Made by a program: the position numbers and the translations under genes
Shown: piece after piece, positions 6,996-17,715 of the stretch
Layout of the letters: every line of letters starts with the position of its first letter
Numbering within the stretch: position 1 is the first letter of the stretch
The notes under the pieces: generated by a model
The model's database searches: none
Told to the model about the DNA's origin: nothing
What the model saw: the letters and a program-made list of their open reading frames with translations, nothing else
Virus record (IMG/VR): IMGVR_UViG_3300025687_000029
Span: 31,667 to 95,666 of that record
DNA length: 64,000 nt
Strand: one strand, 5' to 3'
Origin: a virus

Positions 6996-7178
6996 ATGAT
7001 AGGAATAATAATTTTTTCAATTATATTTACAATAATCGCTGTATTTATAATTTATGATCTAACTGTTTTTATTAAATATAAAGGCAAGAAAACACTACTA
7101 ATAGGACCCTTCCTATTCTATATTTGTTTAGAGTTAATAATAACTTTAGTATTAATAGATTTAATGAAAAATTTATGA
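6996..7178 (+). CDS. small membrane protein (2 TM)
   Basis: Two hydrophobic stretches. Confidence 0.65.
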   Translation: MIGIIIFSIIFTIIAVFIIYDLTVFIKYKGKKTLLIGPFLFYICLELIITLVLIDLMKNL

Positions 7179-7179
7179 A

Positions 7180-8391
7180 ATGAAAAAGAAAGTAGAAGAT
7201 TTAGATTATCCTGATGTAGTCCATTGTAGGAGTAAGGAAGAATCTGATTTAATAAATAAGTATAATAAGAATGGAGTTTATGATTGGACTGAAAGAGAAC
7301 CTTATTTGTTATTAGGTAAAGCAGGACATAGTAACAGTTCTTATGGTAGAAACTACAATAATTATGATTTCTCAGATATAATATTTCCAGAATCTAAAGA
7401 AAAAGCAGTTCACTGTACTACTCAGGAAGAATGGGATTTTGTATTAGATGTAATTAAAAATCCTTTGTGTTGTAGCAATGATTGGGATGTATATTCTGAA
7501 AACTCTATTTTATATATGAATGATGGGTCCAGATCTAATACTGATTGGGTTAATCAACATAGTAATAAATTTAAATTGTTAACCTTCTCCCAATGGCTTA
7601 AAGAATCAGGTAATGAAGAGAAGTGGGTAGAAATAACTAAATCTGAAGAACCTAAACCTAAATTTAAAGTTGGAGACTGGGTAGTACAAAGACAGTCTCA
7701 ATACTATAATTTTATTGATAATATTACTCAAATAGTTAAAATAAAAAATGACCAGATTTGGGTAAGACAAAAAAGCGGTGTGGGAGGGGTTCTTGGTTTA
7801 AACCGATTTTGTGATGTTTTTAGAGAAGCAACCCAAAAAGAAATAGATTCTGTTACTAAATCCAAACTATCAGAATTAGATCAATGGATTGAGGATAATA
7901 AGGATTTTGAAGGGAGTTTTGAAGAATTTTTAAAACAATTTAATGACAGTGATAGTTATAGTTTAATATCATATGAATTATGGTATAAAGTTCCTGGAGA
8001 TTGGAGTAAAGAAAAAGCCCAATATATTTGGAATAAATGGGGTAGGAGTAAAGGTATTGAGGAACAACTGAAGAGTGGTAAAAAATTAACTTTTGCTAAA
8101 CCTGATGTTCTAGATATTCGGGAAACACTAGGATTGCCAGAATTTGATGCTAAATTTCCTTCAAAGCAAGATAAATATCTAGAAGACAATCAAGAATCTA
8201 TATGTAAATATTGTGAAGATCATATAATTGAAGGTTGTAGCATAACTTCTACTTTTCAATGTGAAGGTAGTTTTTGTGTACAAGCTACAGAATCTTGGTT
8301 AGAAGATAATCCTTTACCAAAACCTCAAGAAACAACTATTGTAGATAAATCTGTTTATTTTCCTAAAACAGATGAAAATGAAATTTATTAA
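7180..8391 (+). CDS. mosaic hypothetical protein with internal repeat
   Basis: VHCRSKEE / VHCTTQEEWD repeated domain, KFKVGDWV motif, Cys-rich tail. Confidence 0.8.
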   Translation: MKKKVEDLDYPDVVHCRSKEESDLINKYNKNGVYDWTEREPYLLLGKAGHSNSSYGRNYNNYDFSDIIFPESKEKAVHCTTQEEWDFVLDVIKNPLCCSNDWDVYSENSILYMNDGSRSNTDWVNQHSNKFKLLTFSQWLKESGNEEKWVEITKSEEPKPKFKVGDWVVQRQSQYYNFIDNITQIVKIKNDQIWVRQKSGVGGVLGLNRFCDVFREATQKEIDSVTKSKLSELDQWIEDNKDFEGSFEEFLKQFNDSDSYSLISYELWYKVPGDWSKEKAQYIWNKWGRSKGIEEQLKSGKKLTFAKPDVLDIRETLGLPEFDAKFPSKQDKYLEDNQESICKYCEDHIIEGCSITSTFQCEGSFCVQATESWLEDNPLPKPQETTIVDKSVYFPKTDENEIY

Positions 8392-8424
8392 TAACTAGTT
8401 ATAAACAATTAAAATTAAATTAAA

Positions 8425-8853
8425 ATGACAAAAGTATCATTTGTACAAAGAGTACTAAGTTTTATTAAAACTGATGATGAGTCAGCAGTAAAAAGCACTC
8501 AAAAGCAAGCTTTAAAGATTTGGAGTAAAGAAGTTAGTCTTGCTGAAAGAGCTATTAGTAGGCTTAAACAAGATTTAGCTGAAGAAGTTGAGTCTAAAGA
8601 AGAGTATATTGCTGAAGCTAAAGAACAACTTGCTAATTCCTATCTTAATATTGATGTTGAGGCAGTTAAAACTGTAGACGATAGAAAGGATTATGTTGAA
8701 AATGTATATCAACAACAAATAGCAAATGCTAAAGCTAAAGTTGAAAGCTTGGAAAAAGAACTTTCTGATCTTAAAGATGAAGTAAATGCTAAAATTGAAA
8801 GAAAAGAAAAAGCAATTGCTATGTATAAAGAGAATATTGAAGCAATTTCATAG
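8425..8853 (+). CDS. coiled-coil hypothetical protein
   Basis: E/K/A-rich helical 142 aa protein followed by a terminator. Confidence 0.8.
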   Translation: MTKVSFVQRVLSFIKTDDESAVKSTQKQALKIWSKEVSLAERAISRLKQDLAEEVESKEEYIAEAKEQLANSYLNIDVEAVKTVDDRKDYVENVYQQQIANAKAKVESLEKELSDLKDEVNAKIERKEKAIAMYKENIEAIS

Positions 8854-8869
8854 TTTTAAGTTTTAATAT

Positions 8870-8895
8870 GAGGGGTGAAAATCCCCTCTTTTTTT
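8870..8895 (+). terminator. Rho-independent terminator
   Basis: GAGGGG-TGAAAAT-CCCCTC-T7. Confidence 0.85.
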
Positions 8896-8899
8896 AATT

Positions 8900-10819
8900 A
8901 TGAAGAAAATATATGTATATGATATTGAAACATATCTTCATTGTTTTTTAGCAGTTTATTATGAAATATATTCCAAAGAAACCAGAATATTTGAGTTATC
9001 TAAAAATAAGAATGATTTAGAAGAACTAAAAAACTTTCTGTATAGTAATAGTGATGAATATTTTGTTGGATATAATAATATTGAATTTGATTATCCTGTA
9101 ATCCATGATATACTTTTAGGTCATTCTAATACAACTGAAGAAATATTTAGTAAAGCCCAAATAGTAATAGATACTGAAGTTAAATGGCAAATAACTATTC
9201 CTGAATGGAAAACTGTAGGTAAGCAAATAGATCTCTTTAAAATTAATCATTTTGATAATGATGCTAAAAGAACTAGCTTGAAAGCTTTAGAAATTGCAAT
9301 GAAAATGAATAATGTAGAAGATCTACCTTATGATATTGAACAACCTCTAAATGAATCTCAAATAAAAGAATTAACTGATTATTGTATTCATGATGTAAGA
9401 GCTACAGCTTTATTCTTTTTTAAGAATCAAAATGAAATTAAACTAAGATTAAATTTATCAAAAGAATATAATCTTAATCTTCTTAATCATAATGATCCTA
9501 AAATAGGTGAAGCTATTTTTATGAAATTTTTATGTGAAGAATTAGATAAACCAAGAAAATACTTTGTTGAGAATAATACTAAAAGACCTTATGTAGATCT
9601 TAAAGATTGTATTCTTGACTATATTACATTTGAAAACAAATCATTTAATGTATTACTTGATTGGTTAAAAGAGCAAAGAGTTTATCAAACCAAAGGGTTT
9701 TTTACAGAGATTCAACATAAAAAACTACATACTTTATTACCATATATGAATAAGAAGCAGAAGAATGGTAATATAGCTAAATTAAACATAATTTATGATG
9801 AAGTTCAGTATGATTTTGGTACTGGGGGATTACATGCTTGTATTGATTCTGGGATTTATAAAGAAGATGATGACTTAACTATTATTGACTTAGATGTTGC
9901 CAGTTACTATCCAAATTTAGCAATTGTTAATGACTTTTACCCAGAACATTTATCAAAGACTTTTTGTAAAATCTATAAAAATATTTATGACAAAAGAAAA
10001 GCTATTCCTAAATCTGATAGTAGAAATTATGGATTAAAGATAGCACTTAATGGTTGTTTTGGTAAAGCTGGAGAAAGTAATTCACCATTCTTTGATATTA
10101 AATTTCTTTTATCAATTACTTTAAATGGTCAATTATTACTTCTAAAGCTTGTTGATATGTTATATTCTCAATTAGATATTAAAATACTTCAAGCAAATAC
10201 AGACGGTATTACATTTAAAGTTAAAAGATCTGATGTAAATAAAGTTCAACAGATTAGAAAAGAATGGGAAGATTTGACCAATTTAGAATTGGAAGATGCT
10301 GTATACAAACAAATGATAATCAGGGATGTAAATAATTATATTGCTGAATATCAAGATACTAAGATCAAACTCAAGGGTATTTTTGAAATAGAAAAAGCTT
10401 GGCATAAAAATCATTCTATGTTAGTTATTCCAATTGCTTTGAAAGAATATTTCATTAATGATATTCCTATTGAAACTACAATTAAGAATCATAAAGATGT
10501 ATATGATTTCTGTCTTAGAGAAAAGTTTAATAAAGGTTTCCAAGGAGAATTTCATTCAATAGATGGTCAAGATATTAAAATAGAGACTACTCAAAAGAAT
10601 GTAAGATATTTAATATCAAATTCAGGTAAATATTTCTATAAAAGAAAACTTGAAACTGATACATTAAGTGTTGTAAATAAGAATACAAGATCTATTGAGA
10701 TGAATAGAATACCAAAAGAATATAATATTGAAGATTATGATATTAATTATCATTGGTATATCAAAGAAGCTTACAAAATTAAAAACACAATAGAAGATGG
10801 ACAATTAAAATTATTTTAA
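8900..10819 (+). CDS. polB: family B DNA polymerase with 3'-5' exonuclease
   Basis: ExoI YDIETY, ExoII YN..FD, ExoIII YC..DV; pol motifs DVASYYP, KIALNGCFG, NTDG. Confidence 0.93.
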   Translation: MKKIYVYDIETYLHCFLAVYYEIYSKETRIFELSKNKNDLEELKNFLYSNSDEYFVGYNNIEFDYPVIHDILLGHSNTTEEIFSKAQIVIDTEVKWQITIPEWKTVGKQIDLFKINHFDNDAKRTSLKALEIAMKMNNVEDLPYDIEQPLNESQIKELTDYCIHDVRATALFFFKNQNEIKLRLNLSKEYNLNLLNHNDPKIGEAIFMKFLCEELDKPRKYFVENNTKRPYVDLKDCILDYITFENKSFNVLLDWLKEQRVYQTKGFFTEIQHKKLHTLLPYMNKKQKNGNIAKLNIIYDEVQYDFGTGGLHACIDSGIYKEDDDLTIIDLDVASYYPNLAIVNDFYPEHLSKTFCKIYKNIYDKRKAIPKSDSRNYGLKIALNGCFGKAGESNSPFFDIKFLLSITLNGQLLLLKLVDMLYSQLDIKILQANTDGITFKVKRSDVNKVQQIRKEWEDLTNLELEDAVYKQMIIRDVNNYIAEYQDTKIKLKGIFEIEKAWHKNHSMLVIPIALKEYFINDIPIETTIKNHKDVYDFCLREKFNKGFQGEFHSIDGQDIKIETTQKNVRYLISNSGKYFYKRKLETDTLSVVNKNTRSIEMNRIPKEYNIEDYDINYHWYIKEAYKIKNTIEDGQLKLF

Positions 10820-10855
10820 TATAAACTTAAAACACTTTAAAAACAATAATAGAAG

Positions 10856-11431
10856 ATGAAAAAATTAAGTACATTATTTAAAAAAGATCCTAATGATTTG
10901 GGAAAAGTAATAAATGAAATTAATCCTGAAAATCAATGGGTATTTGAAAATGAAGGTATACCTACTCGTAAATTTGATGGTACTGCTTGTATGATACAAG
11001 ATAATATTCTTTATAAAAGATATGATTGTAGAATTGATAAAATTACAGGTAAATATAAAAAACCAATACCAGAAGGGGCAATACCATGTCAAGAAGCAGA
11101 TAAATTAAGTGGACATCATCCTCATTGGATTAAATGCGATAGAAATAATCCTTCTGATAAATATCATTGGATAGCTTTTGATGCAGAACAGAGAAATTTA
11201 CCTAACGGTACTTATGAGCTATGTGGCCCTAAAGTTCAAGGTAATCCTGAAAACCTTTCTACTTATCACTTAATTAAACATGGAGAAGTAGAGTTAATAA
11301 TAAATGACCTTTCATTTGAAGGAATTAAGGAATATCTTAAAATTCATAATATTGAAGGTATTGTATTTCACCATGTAGAAGATGATAGGATGTGTAAGAT
11401 CAGAAAGTCTGATTTTGGAATTAAAAGATAA
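10856..11431 (+). CDS. ATP-dependent RNA ligase, DUF5565/RLIG1(C12orf29)-like
   Basis: Motif I TRKFDGT, GTYELCGPKVQGNP, IEGIVFH, terminal KIRKSDF. Confidence 0.8.
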   Translation: MKKLSTLFKKDPNDLGKVINEINPENQWVFENEGIPTRKFDGTACMIQDNILYKRYDCRIDKITGKYKKPIPEGAIPCQEADKLSGHHPHWIKCDRNNPSDKYHWIAFDAEQRNLPNGTYELCGPKVQGNPENLSTYHLIKHGEVELIINDLSFEGIKEYLKIHNIEGIVFHHVEDDRMCKIRKSDFGIKR

Positions 11432-11434
11432 ATA

Positions 11435-12697
11435 ATGAACTTAACACACTTCAAGAACGATAGACCTGAATTTCAGAAATATTGTGAAGATTTATGGTTT
11501 GAAAATGATTGTGTAGGTTCTTTTTTATTAGGTACAGGTACAGGTAAAAGTAAAATTGCTTTAGATTGTTTAAATAGATTGTTTAATAAAAACCAAGATT
11601 TAAGAGTTGTAATTGGAATTCCATTAATCAGATTAAAAGAAGATGTATGGATTAATGAAATGAAGAAATGGGATTATGATTACATGATAGACAAAGTAGA
11701 AATACATTGCTATCAGACTCTTAGATCTTGGAAAACTGAAAAGATTGATCTATTAATAGGAGATGAAATTGATGAATGTATATCTCCTGTTAATCTTAAT
11801 CTGTTTAAAAACAATCAAATAGACAAGAGACTATTATTAACTGCTACTGCATTTGATGAAAAAAGAACTAAACTTGAAGAATTAGCTCCTGTATTATTGG
11901 AACTATCTAGAGAAGATGCTCAAGAATTAGAATTTATTAATTATTCTAATCATTGGATTATTGAATATGAATTATCTACTATAAATAATATACCTGTTAA
12001 ATATCCGAAGAATGGTAAAGAACAAGTATTTTACACTTCTGAGAAGAAACAGTATGATTATTATGATAATTCAATGAAACAATATGGAGCTAAACTTATG
12101 GATAGAGGATTTAAAGTAGGAGCTAACATATTCAAGTTAATAGGATATTTAAAAAGTAAAAAAGATGAGCAATCTAAAGCTTATCTGACTTGGGCTTATA
12201 AATATTCTAATGCAATGAGAGGAAGAAAGAATATTCTTCTAAATAATCAAACCTCAATAAGCTTAACTCATAAGCTAGGTAAAGATATTCTTAATGGTAA
12301 GACTGGAATTAAAGATCCTAAAATTCTAATATTTAGTGAAAGTATAGAGCATATTGAAAAGATATGTAAAAATACTATTCATTCAAATAAAACTTTAGAA
12401 GAAAATAAAGAAGTAATAGAAAACTTATCTAAAGGTAAAATAAGAGCCGCTGGTGCATGTAAAGGACTTACTGTAGGTGTTACTATACCTGGAGTGAATT
12501 GTGGTATATATGCAGGTTATTTTGGTGCTAAAAGAGTATTATCACAAAGAGTTGGTCGAACTATTAGAGATGCTACTGCTGACATAGCAAATAACTACTA
12601 TCTTGTTGCTAAAAATACTCAACAAGAAGAATGGTTAAAGAATATGTTAGAAGATATTGATAAGGAATATATTAAATATTTAGATTATAAACAATGA
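11435..12697 (+). CDS. superfamily 2 helicase
   Basis: GTGTGKS, DEID, LTAT, motif VI QRVGRTIR. Confidence 0.9.
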   Translation: MNLTHFKNDRPEFQKYCEDLWFENDCVGSFLLGTGTGKSKIALDCLNRLFNKNQDLRVVIGIPLIRLKEDVWINEMKKWDYDYMIDKVEIHCYQTLRSWKTEKIDLLIGDEIDECISPVNLNLFKNNQIDKRLLLTATAFDEKRTKLEELAPVLLELSREDAQELEFINYSNHWIIEYELSTINNIPVKYPKNGKEQVFYTSEKKQYDYYDNSMKQYGAKLMDRGFKVGANIFKLIGYLKSKKDEQSKAYLTWAYKYSNAMRGRKNILLNNQTSISLTHKLGKDILNGKTGIKDPKILIFSESIEHIEKICKNTIHSNKTLEENKEVIENLSKGKIRAAGACKGLTVGVTIPGVNCGIYAGYFGAKRVLSQRVGRTIRDATADIANNYYLVAKNTQQEEWLKNMLEDIDKEYIKYLDYKQ

Positions 12698-13263
12698 ATA
12701 TAGAAATAGATGAAAAGAATATTCCTCAAGATATTATGCTTCATGAATATTTTCTTTTATATTTAGTTTACACTAAAGATAAAGAATTAGGTAATATATT
12801 AAAGACACTATCTGAAGATTATCTGGATAAAGTATCAAGTGGACTTGAATATAGATTATACATTAAAAGAACTTGTATTAATCCTGAAGGATGGATATTT
12901 AGAAAGAAAACATTGGATATGTTTAATGGACTAAACTCCGTATCTTCTGTAGATACTCTGGCTGAAAGAATTAGAGATTTATTTCCAAAAGGTCTTAAAT
13001 CAGGAGGATATTTAGTAAAATCTTCTTTAAAAGATATTAAAGATAAACTAAAGAAATTCCAGAAAGATTATAAATATTCTGATGAAGTTATTATTAAAGG
13101 AACTAAAACATATATTACTGAAATGCAAAAAAATGGATATGCCTATATGATGTTAGCTAAATATTTTATTCTTAAACAAGATAAAGGAAGTACTTTAGCA
13201 GATTATTGTGAAATGGTTGAAAATAATGAAATTCCTGATGAAGAATTTGTAGATAGGATGTGA
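12694..13263 (+). CDS. hypothetical replication-associated protein
   Basis: 189 aa, translationally coupled between the two helicases. Confidence 0.7.
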   Translation: MNIEIDEKNIPQDIMLHEYFLLYLVYTKDKELGNILKTLSEDYLDKVSSGLEYRLYIKRTCINPEGWIFRKKTLDMFNGLNSVSSVDTLAERIRDLFPKGLKSGGYLVKSSLKDIKDKLKKFQKDYKYSDEVIIKGTKTYITEMQKNGYAYMMLAKYFILKQDKGSTLADYCEMVENNEIPDEEFVDRM

Positions 13264-14345
13264 TGAACAAGTATTATGAAAAATCCAAAGAATATAGAGA
13301 TAGAGGTAAAAAAGGTGAAAATAAAGGTATTCCGTTAAATTTACCAAAGTTAAAGAAAGTAATACCTAATATACAAAAAGGTAAATATTATTTAATTTCA
13401 ACTGACTCTGGTGTCGGTAAAACCAAACTAACTAACTATCTATTCCTCTATACTCCATTCTTTAAATATATGGAAAATCCTTCTTCATTTGATATTGATA
13501 TTAACTATTATACAGCAGAAATGCCAGAAGAAGAGCTTTTAGCTGAATTGCAGGCATATTGGTTATTTACTAAAAAAGGTATTTTGGTTGATACTGATCA
13601 TATATATTCTCAGGGTGAAAATAAAATATCAGACAAAGTGGATAAATTATTGGATTCCTCTGAATGTATTGAAATGATGGCTCTTTTTGAAGAGAAAGTT
13701 AATATTGTTAATGAAGGCTTTGGATATAAGTATATATACAAAGAACTTATTAAATCTGCAAATAAACATGGTAAGATTGTTTGGGGTAAAGAAGAAGATG
13801 GACAAAAAGGATTTATAGAATCTTATACAGAATATAATCCTAACATGTTTAATATTAACATACTCGATAATTTCCAAAGACTTCAAAGAACAAATGGTGA
13901 GTCTGCAAAACAAACTATAGATGAATTATCTAGAAGGATGGATTGGGCAAGACAGAAGTTTAATCAGATTTGGGTAGGATTACAGCAAATTAACAGAAAT
14001 ACTAAAAACCTTGATAGATATAAACTGGAACAGTTCTTTCCAGGACCAGAATCATTAAAGGACTCTGAGAATCCTTATCACGATTGCCAAATATGCATTG
14101 TGGGTATTTCTCCGGCAGGATTAAGACTAAAGACTTTTGATGGATACAAAGTATTACATGACAAAGAATCTAAAGGTCTACTGGATAGATTAAGACCTAT
14201 CAGAGTTATTAAAAATAGAGGAGGTATATCTAATAAAGTAGGTTATTTAAAGTTTTTTGGAGAGTGTGCTTATTTCTCTGAATTACCGGAACCTGAGAAA
14301 ATAACCAGAGAACATTATAATAATTTCTTTGAAAAATACGGATAA
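13260..14345 (+). CDS. DnaB-like (SF4) replicative helicase
   Basis: DSGVGKT Walker A, AEM, ILDN Walker B, QQINR, KDS, IKNRGG. Confidence 0.85.
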   Translation: MMNKYYEKSKEYRDRGKKGENKGIPLNLPKLKKVIPNIQKGKYYLISTDSGVGKTKLTNYLFLYTPFFKYMENPSSFDIDINYYTAEMPEEELLAELQAYWLFTKKGILVDTDHIYSQGENKISDKVDKLLDSSECIEMMALFEEKVNIVNEGFGYKYIYKELIKSANKHGKIVWGKEEDGQKGFIESYTEYNPNMFNINILDNFQRLQRTNGESAKQTIDELSRRMDWARQKFNQIWVGLQQINRNTKNLDRYKLEQFFPGPESLKDSENPYHDCQICIVGISPAGLRLKTFDGYKVLHDKESKGLLDRLRPIRVIKNRGGISNKVGYLKFFGECAYFSELPEPEKITREHYNNFFEKYG

Positions 14346-14613
14346 TTTCGTATCTTTACAGACTGTTTGCAAATTAAAATTTATGACAAAAGAACAATTT
14401 TTAGAGGTCTTAAATAAAGACCCTACTGAGGTAACTACCCCTGAGATTATAGAAGTATGTCAATATTATATTGACAATTATCCTGTTAATATTAGACAAC
14501 CTATGGGTTATACTAAATCAAAACTACTTGTTAAAATAACAGGAGGTTCACCTGAAAGCTGTATAAAAGCATTTAAAGGATTAAAGAAAAGAATTAATGA
14601 ATTTAAAAATTAA
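14329..14613 (+). CDS. hypothetical protein
   Basis: 94 aa ORF filling the gap; start uncertain. Confidence 0.55.
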   Translation: MKNTDNFVSLQTVCKLKFMTKEQFLEVLNKDPTEVTTPEIIEVCQYYIDNYPVNIRQPMGYTKSKLLVKITGGSPESCIKAFKGLKKRINEFKN

Positions 14614-14616
14614 ATT

Positions 14617-14979
14617 ATGTTCAAAACAAAAACTAAAGTAACAAGAGGAGGTAAATCCTCAAATGAGGAGTATATTGTAATTGCAGATACTCCAACAATT
14701 GCAGAAGCAATTCTAATAAAAGAATTAGAAGGAACTACTGTAGAGAAAACTACTAATGTATCTGAGTTAAAAGTTCAAGATATATTTGAGAATGGAGGAG
14801 GTACTTTCTATGAGATTAAGATTCAATATGAAGATGAGTCAGGTACTAAAACTATTAAAGAAACTTATATCCAAGAAGGAGCTGGTATATTAGATAGTAT
14901 TGATAGATTTAGAAATAGCATAGATTGGGGAGAATTAACAAGTGTAAAAGAATTACCATTTTTAGGAATTTTAAAATAA
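14617..14979 (+). CDS. DUF4494-like protein
   Basis: F.TK.K...EEYIV.A.TPT.AEA and FYEIKI duplicated-domain pattern typical of Bacteroidota and crAss-like phages. Confidence 0.65.
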   Translation: MFKTKTKVTRGGKSSNEEYIVIADTPTIAEAILIKELEGTTVEKTTNVSELKVQDIFENGGGTFYEIKIQYEDESGTKTIKETYIQEGAGILDSIDRFRNSIDWGELTSVKELPFLGILK

Positions 14980-14984
14980 ATCAT

Positions 14985-15296
14985 ATGGAAAAATTTAAAG
15001 AATTGAAAATCTCTAGTGAAAAATTAAGAGATCTAGTTTATGAAAATTACTTAGTGATTGATGATGTTGAATTAGATATTAAAGAAGTTGATTCTTCTTA
15101 TGATGGTTCAGGTAGACATACAGAGTATCATAGTAAAGTATTTTATATTAAAGATACTGATCAATATTTTCAAGTTTCTTACGAGGAATCTGTTAAAGAT
15201 GAAATGGGTTGGTTTGAATGTAATTATGGAGAGGCTGAATTAACTGAAGTAGAGCCTTATACAGAAACAATAACTAAATATAAAATAAAGAAATAA
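14985..15296 (+). CDS. hypothetical protein
   Basis: ATG 14985 in frame with track ORF 14925; ends with ELTEVEPY.ETITKY. Confidence 0.75.
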   Translation: MEKFKELKISSEKLRDLVYENYLVIDDVELDIKEVDSSYDGSGRHTEYHSKVFYIKDTDQYFQVSYEESVKDEMGWFECNYGEAELTEVEPYTETITKYKIKK

Positions 15297-15297
15297 T

Positions 15298-16041
15298 ATG
15301 GAATTACCAATTAAACCAAAAACACCTGCAAGAAAGAATCCTTCTTTTATGATATTATTCAGTAAACCTAAAGCTGGAAAAACTACCGCGTTATCATTAC
15401 TTGAAGATAATCTTATTATAGATTTAGAAAATGGTTCTGACTTTGTAGGAGGATTAACAGTAAAAGCTGATTCAACTTCTGACTTGGTAGAAATTAAGAA
15501 ATCTCTAATTGAGATGAAAGATAAAGGTAAGCAGTATAAGTATATAACGCTTGATACAGCTACAGCTCTTGAAGATATGGTAGGAGATTTAGCTATTAAG
15601 ATATATAAAGAAACTCCTATGGGAGCTAAATATGGTACTAAACCTGGAGAAGATAATATAAAGAAACTTCCTAATGGTGCTGGTTATCTTTATATTAGAG
15701 AAGCTTATGAAAGAGTTATTAACATGCTTAAACAATTTCCAACTGAATGTTTAATCTTAACAGGTCATGTGGCTGATAAGATGATTAATAAAAATGGTGA
15801 AGAAGTTTCTGAAATGCAATTAGATTTATCTGGCAAACTGGGTAGAATTATGTATTCAAGAGCTGATGCTGTTGGGTTTATGTATAGAGAAGGAAATACA
15901 TGCAAACTCAACTTTAACGGAGGAGGAGATATGATTGTTGAAGCAAGAGCTGACCATTTGAGAGGTAAGGAATTTATACTATCTGAGATGGATGATAAAG
16001 GTAAAATTAAAACTTATTGGGATAAAATCTTTATAAAATAA
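15298..16041 (+). CDS. AAA_24/Sak4-like ATPase (recombinase-type)
   Basis: SKPKAGKTT, IDLENG, LDTATALED, GAGY, GH. Confidence 0.85.
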   Translation: MELPIKPKTPARKNPSFMILFSKPKAGKTTALSLLEDNLIIDLENGSDFVGGLTVKADSTSDLVEIKKSLIEMKDKGKQYKYITLDTATALEDMVGDLAIKIYKETPMGAKYGTKPGEDNIKKLPNGAGYLYIREAYERVINMLKQFPTECLILTGHVADKMINKNGEEVSEMQLDLSGKLGRIMYSRADAVGFMYREGNTCKLNFNGGGDMIVEARADHLRGKEFILSEMDDKGKIKTYWDKIFIK

Positions 16042-16045
16042 TATT

Positions 16046-16384
16046 ATGGAAATTAATATAAATAATTTTACAGGAACAGTTCTATTTGAAGAAAATAGAA
16101 TTACTATGACTACTAATGAACTTGAAGTTATATATAAAAAAATAGCTTCACCTACACTAAAAGTAAAAAAGTCTACTGACATACAAACGGATGATAGAAT
16201 TTATTCAGATAATGCTAAAAACTTCAATAACTCAACAAAAGTATGGTTAACTAAAAACGGTATAGATTATAAATTTCAATCTATGGTAAAAGCATCAAAA
16301 GCATTGAAAATTCCGTACAGTAAACTTAGAAATGCTATCAATGGGGATAAAATAAAAATACATGGTTTTAAGATTATAAAATAA
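16046..16384 (+). CDS. protein with C-terminal NUMOD1-like HTH
   Basis: FQSMVKASKALKIPYSKLRNAING. Confidence 0.55.
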   Translation: MEININNFTGTVLFEENRITMTTNELEVIYKKIASPTLKVKKSTDIQTDDRIYSDNAKNFNNSTKVWLTKNGIDYKFQSMVKASKALKIPYSKLRNAINGDKIKIHGFKIIK

Positions 16385-16388
16385 TATT

Positions 16389-16871
16389 ATGGAATTTGGA
16401 AAATTAAAAAAAGCAAGTAAAAGAGTTACTAAAGAAGAGAAGTATGATTATCCTGTTATGACAGTACATACTAAACCAGAAAAAGGATTTTCAAATAAAG
16501 TTAGTTTTAATAAAGCTGCAATTAAAGAATTTGGCTTTGAAGAAGGAGGTAAATTAGCATTTGCCTTTGATGGAGATAGTCTATTCTGTAAGATAGGAGA
16601 AGATGCTTATACAGTAACTAAAACTGAAGGAACAATTAGTGATAAATCTTTATGTGAAGCTTTATGGGAACATTTTGAAGTAGACGGTACAGAAGAAATA
16701 GAATTAGCTATTTATGAAGAAGCTGATAATATTTATGGATTTAACAATATAGATATTCTGGATAATACTTCGGAAGAAAATAATTCTGATAATGACTATT
16801 ATTCAGATATGACAGGCGAAAGTGTGGAAGATTATGAAGAAGAGAGTACAATAACATCAGGAATAATTTAA
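16389..16871 (+). CDS. hypothetical protein with acidic tail
   Basis: 160 aa; SFNKAAIKEFG motif, D/E-rich C-terminus. Confidence 0.75.
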   Translation: MEFGKLKKASKRVTKEEKYDYPVMTVHTKPEKGFSNKVSFNKAAIKEFGFEEGGKLAFAFDGDSLFCKIGEDAYTVTKTEGTISDKSLCEALWEHFEVDGTEEIELAIYEEADNIYGFNNIDILDNTSEENNSDNDYYSDMTGESVEDYEEESTITSGII

Positions 16872-16896
16872 TAATTAATTTTAAAAATATACATAT

Positions 16897-17715
16897 ATGT
16901 TTGATTTAAGTAAAGAAGTTACAGAAAGTAAAGAAGTTGGTGGTGGTAATTTTGTACAAAAAAACTTAGAACCTGGTATTCATAAAGTAACAATTATGGA
17001 TTTTGAGGTTAAGATTGCAAGTACAGGTAAATTTAAAGTAAATGCCTTAGTTGAAACTGCTCCTGTAGAGGCTATTGGAGATAAAGGATTTAAGTATGAT
17101 GGTGTTGGTGGAGAACATGTAGCTAAAGGATTATTTGGTAGAGTAGCTTTGAATAATATATGGTTTGATTTTGATATTAAATCAATGGTTCAGGAGATTG
17201 GTAATGACTTAATCCAATTTGGTACAAAAACAGGCACAATTGATGAATTATCCAAAATTGAAATGTCTACTACAGGCAATCCTCAAGATGATTTAGAAAA
17301 AAACCTAAAGAAAGTAGCTAAAGTATTAAGAGGTGCTTATTTTTATGCTTCTATTAATTCTGAGCAATATATTAATGGTAAAGGTTATCCTGCTGATAAT
17401 ATGTATTTTAACAAAGGATTTATTAAAAATGAATCTGGAGAAAAAGTAAGACATGAAGGTACTAAAATTTATCTAAATACAGCAGCATCGGCTCATTCAG
17501 TAGAAGCTATTAAAGAAGTTATTATTATAGACACTCCTACTGAAGAAGGATTTAATCTTATTGATATTAATGACAAGACTATAAGTACTTGGAGAAAAAA
17601 TAAAGATAAGACAGATAGTTGGAATTTTAAATGGGCAGAACAGCCTGATACTGATGAAGATGATGTAGATTTAGGAGATATGCCTGATCTTGATGATGAT
17701 TTGGGAGGTATTTAA
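16897..17715 (+). CDS. putative single-stranded DNA-binding protein
   Basis: LEPGIHKVTI N-terminal motif, very acidic tail, location between Sak4-like ATPase and primase. Confidence 0.6.
   Translation: MFDLSKEVTESKEVGGGNFVQKNLEPGIHKVTIMDFEVKIASTGKFKVNALVETAPVEAIGDKGFKYDGVGGEHVAKGLFGRVALNNIWFDFDIKSMVQEIGNDLIQFGTKTGTIDELSKIEMSTTGNPQDDLEKNLKKVAKVLRGAYFYASINSEQYINGKGYPADNMYFNKGFIKNESGEKVRHEGTKIYLNTAASAHSVEAIKEVIIIDTPTEEGFNLIDINDKTISTWRKNKDKTDSWNFKWAEQPDTDEDDVDLGDMPDLDDDLGGI

Noticed and set aside
8900-10819. Intein or intron in PolB (also checked vRNAP and helicases)
   Set aside because: Motif spacing is compact, no intein terminal motifs were noticed, and reading frames are continuous
16046-16384. 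Homing endonuclease
   Set aside because: Only a NUMOD1-like HTH; no HNH, GIY-YIG or LAGLIDADG motif
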